A stretch of 40,721 nucleotides of DNA from positions 1 through 40,721 of IMG/VR virus record IMGVR_UViG_3300029503_000002; one strand, given 5' to 3'. Both the position numbers and the translations under genes were made by a program. The stretch's first letter is position 1, and every line of letters starts with the position of its first letter. Shown here in pieces: positions 26,070 through 32,464 of this stretch. The notes under the pieces are model-generated. The model saw only the letters and a program-made list of their open reading frames with translations. It did not search any database and was not told the DNA's origin. Source of the DNA: a virus.

Positions 26070-26759
26070 CTACTTTCCAAAGAATAACAGCCGGAATGTT
26101 TCTCTGCCTTTTGGAGTGATAAGTGTCTGAGTGCCACTCCAGTTTGTTTTATCATTGAAGCATTCTTTGATTTCGAACAAACCGTCATTTTTGTTCGCGT
26201 ATGGCTGAAGTTTCCCTTTCTTGTCTCGATAAATGTATTTTTTATCAAGCAACAAACCAATAAAATCCTTCTCTTTGACCTCAAACTGCTTTGCCGTTTC
26301 CCGAAAACTGGTCAGTAAGTTGCGATCTACCAGCTCATCAAAATAATCGGCTTTCGGCTGCATGATTTGATTGCTCACAGTCAGAAAAGCATTTTCTGTT
26401 TCCAGCCGCTTAATTCTCTTGTCGGCAATTTGCAAGGCCCTCGCCATTACCTTTTCGGGGCTGTTCCAGTCTTTTTCCAGCTGGATAAAATACTGGCGCG
26501 CCTGTTTACCTCGCTCATTGCGTTGCAACATACAGATTTCCTTTGCCATTTCGATGGTGAGCTGGGCATCCTGCGCCGGACGACCGCCGGAACTTTCCGT
26601 CAAAAATGGCGAAAAGTCTGTTCCTTCGGAAAATCCATATTCGCACATTCTCTTAAACCAATGGGAAAATTCGCTTCCCACTTCCAAAAACTCATGCAAG
26701 TCTCTTGCCAACACGGTCGGCCTGTCGTTCTCGTAATTCACTTTGATGATTTCGTTCAC
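26070..26759 (-). CDS. AntA/AntB N-terminal domain + KilAC-type antirepressor-like protein
   Basis: ARDLHEFLEVGSEFSHWFKRMCEYGFSEGTDF matches the AntA motif. GTG start after GGGAGGA. Confidence 0.65.
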   Translation of the reverse strand: MNEIIKVNYENDRPTVLARDLHEFLEVGSEFSHWFKRMCEYGFSEGTDFSPFLTESSGGRPAQDAQLTIEMAKEICMLQRNERGKQARQYFIQLEKDWNSPEKVMARALQIADKRIKRLETENAFLTVSNQIMQPKADYFDELVDRNLLTSFRETAKQFEVKEKDFIGLLLDKKYIYRDKKGKLQPYANKNDGLFEIKECFNDKTNWSGTQTLITPKGRETFRLLFFGK

Positions 26760-26781
26760 ACTTATCCTCCCCCCTACTCTT

Positions 26782-26883
26782 CTACTGTCGTTTTGTTCTT
26801 CTCCTCGAATTGATGCGGAATCTTCGCCATTCTTCCCGTTCCAGGTTTGCAGGCTTGGGACGGGTTATTTTTTTACCGTTCAC
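26782..26883 (-). CDS. Mini-ORF (33 aa), very basic
   Basis: GTG 26883 preceded by TAGGAGGAAACC. VNGKKITRPKPANLEREEWRRFRINSRRRTKRQ. Confidence 0.35.
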   Translation of the reverse strand: MNGKKITRPKPANLEREEWRRFRINSRRRTKRQ

Positions 26884-26892
26884 GGTTTCCTC

Positions 26893-27102
26893 CTATTCCA
26901 TTTCCAGAATCTTTTTGATACTGCTCATAATCTTTTCCGGCGTCCGTCTGCCCGCGAGTGTATTAGATAAATAAGCGGCATCTACCCATAAGCCGGTATC
27001 TTCGCTCACTCTTTCAGCAAGCCAAGATTGTGTTTGTTCAATATCGACAAGCCGCTTCTTTACCTCTTTGCCAAACTCACAAAAATCACTATTTACAGCC
27101 AA
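26893..27102 (-). CDS. Cro-like XRE HTH protein (first lytic gene)
   Basis: TTG start at 27102, 7 nt after GGAGGTGGGG. ...KKRLVDIEQTQSWLAERVSEDTGLWVDAAYLSNTLAG... Divergent from the repressor gene. Confidence 0.6.
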   Translation of the reverse strand: MAVNSDFCEFGKEVKKRLVDIEQTQSWLAERVSEDTGLWVDAAYLSNTLAGRRTPEKIMSSIKKILEME

Positions 27103-27127
27103 AACCCCACCTCCAGCCACTTTTGTA

Positions 27128-27156
27128 TTGACAAGTACAATAATTTGTATTACTAT
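27128..27156 (+). promoter_or_regulatory. Predicted rightward promoter TTGACA-17-TACTAT (lysogenic transcript)
   Basis: Exact -35 consensus at 27128-27133, a 17-nt spacer and TACTAT at 27151-27156. Confidence 0.5.
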
Positions 27157-27204
27157 GAAATTACCACATAACATAGTTCAAAGTTTTGTATTTGCCGTAC
27201 TTGT

Positions 27205-27233
27205 ATCATAATACAAAACTTTGTATTGGTCAA
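27205..27233 (-). promoter_or_regulatory. Predicted leftward promoter TTGACC-17-TATGAT (lytic transcript)
   Basis: On the minus strand, TTGACC is the reverse complement of 27228-27233 and TATGAT the reverse complement of 27205-27210, with a 17-nt spacer. Confidence 0.5.
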
Positions 27234-27291
27234 GCCCTAAAATACATAATTTTGTATTTTAGACATTTTAAACAATACAGAGAGGTTTTGT

Positions 27292-27906
27292 ATGGCTACT
27301 ATTATCGAAATAATCGACCACCTTTGTGAGGGGCGAGGAATTAAAGGAAGCAAACTGTGCGATGATTTGGGAATCAGCAGAAGCACCCTCACAGAATTAA
27401 GAAAAGGAAGAGCGAAGTCTTTAAATATTAAGAAAGCGACTTTAATTGCAAATTATTTTGGTGTGCCTGTTGAGTACCTTTTGGGGGAAGGTTCGGGCGA
27501 GCAAACACCCCTAGAAACACAAAATATGTATGATGTTTTTATGCAGCTTATGGAAGAAAAAGGAGTAACCGCATATCGTGTTGCCAAAGATACCGGCATT
27601 ACTCAGGCAACTTTGAGCCGTTGGAAAACCGGAAAAGTTTCTCCATCCATTGAAACTTTGCAAGTACTTGCAGAATATTTCGGAGTAACTCTCGATTACC
27701 TGATGGGCAACACCCACGCTGATAGGGATATCGAGGAAATAGATATAGCGATTGAGTTAGAGGAGATGATGCAGAAGTTGGAAAGTGATGGAAGTTTGAT
27801 GTTTGATGGGAATCCAGCGTCACCGGAGGCAATCAGGAGCATAAAAACAGCGCTGGAGATGGGATTGCGATATGCAAGAGATGTAGAAAAGGGGAAAAGC
27901 AAATAA
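27292..27906 (+). CDS. Phage repressor with two tandem XRE HTH domains (ImmR/CI-like)
   Basis: Two HTH_3-like units: GSKLCDDLGISRSTLTELRKG and AYRVAKDTGITQATLSRWKTG. Followed by an ImmA-type protease. Confidence 0.75.
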   Translation: MATIIEIIDHLCEGRGIKGSKLCDDLGISRSTLTELRKGRAKSLNIKKATLIANYFGVPVEYLLGEGSGEQTPLETQNMYDVFMQLMEEKGVTAYRVAKDTGITQATLSRWKTGKVSPSIETLQVLAEYFGVTLDYLMGNTHADRDIEEIDIAIELEEMMQKLESDGSLMFDGNPASPEAIRSIKTALEMGLRYARDVEKGKSK

Positions 27907-27913
27907 AAAGGAT

Positions 27914-28351
27914 GTGTATAGTGTGTTTAAAAAAGTGGGCAAATTGATCGCCGAGTATGATGATGCAGACCCTTTGTCACTTTTGCGGGCGATTGGGGTA
28001 AAAATATTCCTACTTCCAATGGAAGGAATCAGCGGAATATATAAGACAATTCATAAAATACCGATGGTATTCATCGATAACAACCTATCAGATGATCAAA
28101 TCTGTTTTGTGGCAGCCCACGAGCTTGGCCATGTTGTGCTACATAGGGAGTTGAACCGATTCTTTATGGATAGGTACACTTTGATGAGATCCAGTATTTA
28201 TGAACAGCAGGCAGATTTGTTTGCGGTATGCTTGTTACATCCTTCGCCTGATGATGTGATCGAAGATGGAGATAGCTTTGAGCGGCTATCTCACAAACTG
28301 GGGGTATCGGTAGAGCTTGCTAAGGCTTATTATTTCGAAACATTAAAATAA
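27914..28351 (+). CDS. ImmA/IrrE-family zinc metallopeptidase
   Basis: HEXXH motif AAHELGHVVLH. GTG start 8 nt after the repressor stop. Confidence 0.75.
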   Translation: MYSVFKKVGKLIAEYDDADPLSLLRAIGVKIFLLPMEGISGIYKTIHKIPMVFIDNNLSDDQICFVAAHELGHVVLHRELNRFFMDRYTLMRSSIYEQQADLFAVCLLHPSPDDVIEDGDSFERLSHKLGVSVELAKAYYFETLK

Positions 28352-28363
28352 AGCAACAAAAAA

Positions 28364-28395
28364 GCCGCCCTCTGTGCTGGAACACAAAGAGCGGC
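28364..28395. terminator. Hairpin after the immA-like gene; only the minus-strand reading has a U tract
   Basis: gccgccctctgtg-ctggaa-cacaaagagcggc (11 of 13 bp paired). An A7 run precedes it on the plus strand and no T run follows. Confidence 0.35.
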
Positions 28396-28497
28396 AGGTT
28401 GTCTCCCACGATAGGAAACGTTATATAATGTCCAATGTTATTATAGCACTTCTTTTGTGGGCTGGCAACCGCATACCCAAAAAGGAGTGTATTTTTT

Positions 28498-29634
28498 ATG
28501 TCAAAGAAGCTTAGCCCACCTACATGGGACGAAAAAAACAACCGATGGAAGAAAACTGCGTACTGCAACGGCATGAGCAAGACTTTTTACTCAACCAAAC
28601 GCGGTGCCACCAGCGCCGAGCGGGAGATCACCGCTGCCATCAATCAGTGGAAGGATAAAATAGAGGGGCTGACCGGCGCCGGACACCTGACGCCGATGTC
28701 ACGGGTAAAGGACGTTTATCCTGATTTTCTGGCAGACTTGCAGGCGAGGACAAGCCAAGGCCATTGGGAGCCGATGGCAAGGCGGTTTAAAAACTGGATT
28801 CTTCCTGTTATAGGAACAAGGTCAATCATAGATTTGAACGACGCTGTACTTCAAAAAGTTATTAACCATGCTTTTAAAGATGGTGGAATATCCAAAAAAG
28901 GATTGATGAATCTTCGAGCGGACCTGTCCTCATTCGTGAAATTTTGCCGAAAAAATCAGCTGACATCATACCGCCCCGAAGATATTGACATTCCAAAAAG
29001 CGCAGAGCGATCACAGAAAAGCATCCTGCAGCCAGAGGAATTAAAAGTGCTGTTCAGTGAAGATTATGTTTCGATGTATGGAAGACCTGTATTTGAAACA
29101 TACATCTATGGCTATCGGCTGCAAGTCCTGCACGCGTTACGCCCTGGAGAGATTGGAGGGCTTCGCAAATCTGACCGAGTTGGTGATGTTGTATATATTC
29201 AGCGGTCCATCAATGTTTACGGTAAAGTAACACAAGGAAAAAACGACAACGCCATCCGGTCGATTGTCCTGTCCGATCTTGCAAAAGAATGCTGGGATAA
29301 ACAAGCGGCCCTGTCAGATGATGAACAGATGTTTCCTGATTTCGACGAATCCAAATATCGAAAGCACTTGATCTCCTACTGCAAGCAGCACAGCATATCT
29401 CAAGTGTCACCATACGAGCTGCGGCACACTTCCATATCCATCATGCAGACGCTTCCAGAAGGACTTGTAAAAGCCATTGGTGGACACTCACGGAGCATGG
29501 ATACTTTCGGAGTATACGGCCATGAGGTGCAAGGTGACAAAACCCTGACAGCTCAATTATTGCAGGAAAGATTCACAAACTTGTTGAGCAATTCCGAAAA
29601 CCAAGGTCAAAACAAGGTCAAACCTGAAAAATAG
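28498..29634 (+). CDS. int: Tyrosine integrase with an N-terminal arm-type DNA-binding domain
   Basis: C-terminal ELRHTSISIM...GGHSRSMDTFGVYGHE supplies the R-H-R-Y catalytic residues. N-terminal WDEKNNRWKKTAYCNG...FYSTKRGATSAEREI is AP2/arm-binding-like. Confidence 0.85.
   Translation: MSKKLSPPTWDEKNNRWKKTAYCNGMSKTFYSTKRGATSAEREITAAINQWKDKIEGLTGAGHLTPMSRVKDVYPDFLADLQARTSQGHWEPMARRFKNWILPVIGTRSIIDLNDAVLQKVINHAFKDGGISKKGLMNLRADLSSFVKFCRKNQLTSYRPEDIDIPKSAERSQKSILQPEELKVLFSEDYVSMYGRPVFETYIYGYRLQVLHALRPGEIGGLRKSDRVGDVVYIQRSINVYGKVTQGKNDNAIRSIVLSDLAKECWDKQAALSDDEQMFPDFDESKYRKHLISYCKQHSISQVSPYELRHTSISIMQTLPEGLVKAIGGHSRSMDTFGVYGHEVQGDKTLTAQLLQERFTNLLSNSENQGQNKVKPEK
29602..29622 (+). repeat. Two direct CAAGGTCAAA copies (candidate integrase arm-type sites, P arm), overlapping the last int codons
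   Basis: CAAGGTCAAA at 29602-29611 and 29613-29622. Confidence 0.5.
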
Positions 29635-29644
29635 CAAAAGAAAA

Positions 29645-29682
29645 ACCTCAACAAATCGCATAAACAAGCCATTTGTTGAGGT
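29645..29682. terminator. Bidirectional intrinsic terminator after int
   Basis: acctcaacaaat-14 nt loop-atttgttgaggt. A T-rich tail on the minus-strand side (TTTTTCTTTTGC) and a weaker tgtgttatt on the plus side. Confidence 0.6.
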
Positions 29683-29690
29683 TGTGTTAT

Positions 29691-29716
29691 TGGTGGAGGC
29701 GAGGGGAATTGAACCC
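29691..29716 (-). other. attP core: copy of the 3' end of a tRNA gene (T-loop, acceptor 3' strand, CCA)
   Basis: The reverse complement reads GGGTTCAATTCCCCTCGCCTCCACCA, i.e. GG-TTCAATT-CCCCT + CGCCTCC + A + CCA. The upstream sequence does not complete a T stem, so this is a fragment and not a gene. Confidence 0.6.
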
Positions 29717-29830
29717 TGTCTTATTACATTAATTAAAATCAATTGAATTAAAAATATCGCTTAACTATGCGAATTTAATAAAATAGTTTGATTTTAAAAT
29801 CAATAGTTTGCGAATATAATCAAACTAAAA

Positions 29831-29852
29831 CAAGGTCAAAAACAAGGTCAAA
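29831..29852 (+). repeat. Two further direct CAAGGTCAAA copies (candidate arm-type sites, P' arm)
   Basis: CAAGGTCAAA at 29831-29840 and 29843-29852, in the same orientation as the pair at 29602-29622, on the other side of the core. Confidence 0.5.
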
Positions 29853-29880
29853 AAGCCGCCCTCAATCAAGAGAGCGGCTT
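29845..29880 (-). terminator. Intrinsic terminator ending the accessory operon
   Basis: Minus strand aagccgc-tctcttgattgagg-gcggctt followed by TTTTTG, 4 nt after the stop of 29884-30195. Confidence 0.65.
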
Positions 29881-29883
29881 GTC

Positions 29884-30195
29884 TTATCTTGGATTGGAAT
29901 ACAGAGCAATCATGTTCTTTGCAATGCCGTATTCCTCAACATATTCTTTGTGTTCGTACTCCCAGAGTTCAAGCATAACCGGTGGAGGCGGTTCGATTGC
30001 CCTCTGCTTTTCGATCAGTTTGACAACTTCTGTATGCAGCATATCAGCGTGCCTAAGCTCATCATTTGCCATATCATAATAAGCCTTGGCAAGCGTTGGC
30101 TGCTCTGTTTTATAGTGAGTTGCCAGTTTTGCGTATTCTTTAGCGCCGGCGATTTCTTCCTTCATCTGATTCGCCATCTTTTTAATGATCCGCAT
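29884..30195 (-). CDS. Hypothetical helical protein with two ExxH motifs (ferritin-like guess)
   Basis: 103 aa with DELRH and EYEH. GGAGGTG RBS 7 nt before ATG 30195. Confidence 0.5.
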   Translation of the reverse strand: MRIIKKMANQMKEEIAGAKEYAKLATHYKTEQPTLAKAYYDMANDELRHADMLHTEVVKLIEKQRAIEPPPPVMLELWEYEHKEYVEEYGIAKNMIALYSNPR

Positions 30196-30433
30196 TTGCT
30201 AACACCTCCAGCTTGTCATATATTTTTTGAAGCATGACGTTTTGCTCGTCAAACTTTCTTCCCAGTTCTGCCAGAAGGTAGGCAGCCTGTTTGTCATTGG
30301 CTGCGCCTACATCATTCTGGCGGAGAATTTTGAGAGATTGCGCGCTCTGTTGTTCATTTTCGGTGAGGTTGCGAACTCCCAGGTAGAGCGATATAATACC
30401 CAGCAGGTCCGCAAACTCAAGACCACGGTCCAT
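30182..30433 (-). CDS. Hypothetical protein
   Basis: 83 aa. TAATG overlap with the upstream gene. Confidence 0.5.
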   Translation of the reverse strand: MDRGLEFADLLGIISLYLGVRNLTENEQQSAQSLKILRQNDVGAANDKQAAYLLAELGRKFDEQNVMLQKIYDKLEVLANADH

Positions 30434-30840
30434 TACGCTTTGGTAATGGTGGTGTAGATATTATTGACACTAGGATTGCCTGCGCTCGTGGTGACCACCA
30501 GTGTCAGCACCGAAGAGCAGTTCACCTTGACGCCGGCAGGGAATGCGATGCTTGCAGGATCGCTTGCTGTCGCAATAGCTTCGCTGCCCTGCGCAATCAG
30601 GTTTCCATCCTGATACAGGGCAAGGGTGACGTTGCCGGCGGCAGAATCGGTCACAGTTGCTCCGACTTCGATGTTATAGTATCCAGTGGAGCGCAGGTTA
30701 ATGTTGGAGCCGCTTACCTGTACGGTATATCCGCAGCCAGAACAGCCAAATCCATGCTGCGCGGTGCCTGGTGCCACTGTAGCGCCGCTAGTGAGGGTCT
30801 GAGAACTATTGTTTGCAATAAAAGCAAAAGCCTTCGCCAT
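30433..30840 (-). CDS. Beta-rich hypothetical protein, BclA-C-terminal/C1q-TNF-like by sequence style
   Basis: Start at ATG 30840 (MAKAFAFIANNSSQ) after AAAGGAG. Ala/Thr/Ser/Gly/Val-rich alternating pattern ...TGYYNIEVGATVTDSAAGNVTLALYQDGNLIAQGS...LTLVVTTSAG... Confidence 0.5.
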   Translation of the reverse strand: MAKAFAFIANNSSQTLTSGATVAPGTAQHGFGCSGCGYTVQVSGSNINLRSTGYYNIEVGATVTDSAAGNVTLALYQDGNLIAQGSEAIATASDPASIAFPAGVKVNCSSVLTLVVTTSAGNPSVNNIYTTITKA

Positions 30841-30856
30841 ATAAAAAACTCCTTTC

Positions 30857-30887
30857 AAAATAAAAGAGGGGCCCGCTGGGGTCCCTC
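30857..30887 (-). terminator. GC-rich hairpin + U tract between two accessory genes (attenuator)
   Basis: Minus strand gagggaccccagcgggcccctc followed by TTTTATTTT, directly upstream of the next gene's RBS. Confidence 0.55.
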
Positions 30888-30909
30888 CTTGTTTCCCAGC
30901 TCAGTTAGC

Positions 30910-31506
30910 TTAGTATGCACCGTTGCCGCATCCGCAGCCATAACCGCCAAAGAACGGATTGCAGGTTGTTGCGTATGTAGTAGCTGTTGGATAACGAACT
31001 ACGCCACACAGAGCGGACTGCAGCTGAAGTTGATTGATCTGATTCTGCATATCAGCCATGCGATTGCCGGTGATAGCATCCAGAATCTTCTGGGTCTGAG
31101 CGGTGGTGTTTGCGTTGATAGCAGCTGCCTGCTGAGCTACGTTGTAGTTCACGTTGTCGATGTTTCGCTCGATACCGTAGCAGCAGTCTGCCAGCTGTCT
31201 TTCCAGAGATGCAAACCGGCCGAACATGGTATAACCCATGTCGCACAGGCCTTTTGTCAGGCCGATATTCATGCTGGAAATCTGGTCAGAAATGTTGCGC
31301 ACACCAGACTTCAAATCATTGAAGCTGTTTGCGTTGCACAGATCAGCCTCAGTTACCGGATTGCATCCTCTGTTGTTTCCCCAGCCAAAGCCGCCGTTGC
31401 CAAGCAGGAACAGCAGAGCCAGGAACCACAGACCATTGCCGCCAAACATACCGTCATTGCCATCGGTTACTGCTCTGATGTCAGAGAGAGTGTAATTACC
31501 TTCCAT
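30910..31506 (-). CDS. Gly/Cys/Asn-rich hypothetical membrane protein
   Basis: Start at ATG 31506 (MEGNYTLSD) after AAAGGAG. Hydrophobic GLWFLALLFLLG flanked by Gly/Asn runs, an N/Q-rich helical middle with CC, and a C-terminal NPFFGGYGCGCGNGAY. Confidence 0.55.
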   Translation of the reverse strand: MEGNYTLSDIRAVTDGNDGMFGGNGLWFLALLFLLGNGGFGWGNNRGCNPVTEADLCNANSFNDLKSGVRNISDQISSMNIGLTKGLCDMGYTMFGRFASLERQLADCCYGIERNIDNVNYNVAQQAAAINANTTAQTQKILDAITGNRMADMQNQINQLQLQSALCGVVRYPTATTYATTCNPFFGGYGCGCGNGAY

Positions 31507-31560
31507 GGAACAATCTCCTTTCAAAAGATATTTTTATTTACAAGCCTTTTGGCTCGCAGA

Positions 31561-31839
31561 CTATTTAAGACCTAGCTGATTCATGATCTGCTGAGGGTCA
31601 ATGCCGCGTCTTTGGCATTCCTGCAAAAATACCTCTTTCGGGTTTTTGCCTTGGCACATCTGCATGATCTGCGCCACCTGCGGATTCTGCTGTGCTAACT
31701 GCATCATTGCTGCTTCTGGGTTCTTTACGCCTTTCAGCATCTGCGCCATCCGCTGGAAGCTCTGCACCATCTGTGCAGATTGATTATTCATTGGAGCTGG
31801 TGCTTGTCCGAGAATTTGATTTAATGGATTTGCCATCAT
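31561..31839 (-). CDS. Gln/Met-rich small hypothetical protein
   Basis: 92 aa with an AAAGGTG RBS. Overlaps the upstream ORF by 56 nt. Confidence 0.45.
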   Translation of the reverse strand: MMANPLNQILGQAPAPMNNQSAQMVQSFQRMAQMLKGVKNPEAAMMQLAQQNPQVAQIMQMCQGKNPKEVFLQECQRRGIDPQQIMNQLGLK

Positions 31840-32248
31840 TGTTCACACCTTTCATTTTTTCGATCTCTTGTCTAAGAGCGTTTAAATCATCTACTGTCGC
31901 ATACTGCGGTTGTGGGGTCTCCTGTGGGTTATATGGCTCAAATTTGAAAGCCTGCACCGTTGCAAGTCCCATTTCATTTGCAGATTTGACAACAAAAACA
32001 GGGTCGTTCTGCAGCATGATCCATGCTTTCTGGCCAGGCTGGACAGACACGTTTTTTACATCTTCCAGATTGTTAACCCTGATCCAGTCCATACCCTGCG
32101 GCGCTGGCTGCTGTGGCATTTCCTGCGGCTGCTGGTATGGAGACTGGACAGGAAGAGAAGGGCTAGGTTGCGGATACTGAAATTGAGTAAAAGGCGGGTA
32201 TCCGTTTTGCATATATGGGAAATTTGGTGCTCCGAACATTGTTGACAC
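31784..32248 (-). CDS. Hypothetical protein with a Pro/Gln/Tyr-rich N-terminal low-complexity region
   Basis: 154 aa with a GGAGGTG RBS. First gene after the leader. Confidence 0.5.
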   Translation of the reverse strand: MSTMFGAPNFPYMQNGYPPFTQFQYPQPSPSLPVQSPYQQPQEMPQQPAPQGMDWIRVNNLEDVKNVSVQPGQKAWIMLQNDPVFVVKSANEMGLATVQAFKFEPYNPQETPQPQYATVDDLNALRQEIEKMKGVNNDGKSIKSNSRTSTSSNE

Positions 32249-32260
32249 CTCCGAGAATTC

Positions 32261-32322
32261 AAAAATAAAAGGCCAGATATGAGGCGCGGTGTGGAACGCC
32301 TCACACCCGACCTATTGGCTTT
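32261..32322 (-). terminator. Long interrupted hairpin + U tract in the 5' leader of the accessory operon (candidate attenuator/antitermination target)
   Basis: Upper stem tgaggcg/cgcctca (32280-32286 / 32297-32303). Lower stem aaaggcca/tggcttt. TTTTATTTTT follows on the minus strand, and the RBS lies about 15 nt further downstream. Confidence 0.4.
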
Positions 32323-32371
32323 ATTATGCGGTTTTTCTTCACTTTCCTACAGTGAACAATCAGGTATTTTC

Positions 32372-32414
32372 TGAGGTAAATTCAAGGTATCTTTGAGGGT
32401 AAAAATGAGGTAAA
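32372..32414. repeat. Three copies of TGAGG(G)TAAA
   Basis: TGAGGTAAA at 32372, TGAGGGTAAA at 32394 and TGAGGTAAA at 32406. AGGTAT occurs twice nearby. Confidence 0.5.
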
Positions 32415-32464
32415 AAAATACCCCATACCAGAGCGGCAAGCATCTGATACAGGGCAAAAAGAGC

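Larger units (their letters stand above)
27122..27293. repeat. Operator array: at least 7 direct TTTGTAT copies plus inverted ATACAAA copies
   Basis: TTTGTAT at 27122, 27144, 27185, 27220, 27251 and 27287; TTGTAT at 27201. Palindrome TTGTAT-cata-ATACAA at 27201-27216. AAAATACA-n6-TGTATTTT at 27239-27260. Confidence 0.7.

Noticed and set aside
29691-29716. A complete tRNA gene on the minus strand
   Set aside because: Only the T-loop, 3' acceptor strand and CCA are present. The upstream bases do not complete the T stem, and no D or anticodon arms are present. It is interpreted as the attP core.
29602-29852. The CAAGGTCAAA repeats as a CRISPR array or tandem-repeat locus
   Set aside because: There are only four 10-bp copies in two pairs about 210 bp apart, flanking the attP core, with no regular repeat-spacer structure. 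Arm-type Int sites fit better.
31521-31560. The hairpin cgagcc-aaaa-ggcttg between 31561 and 31506 as a terminator
   Set aside because: The stem is only 6 bp including a wobble pair, and there is no adjacent U tract.
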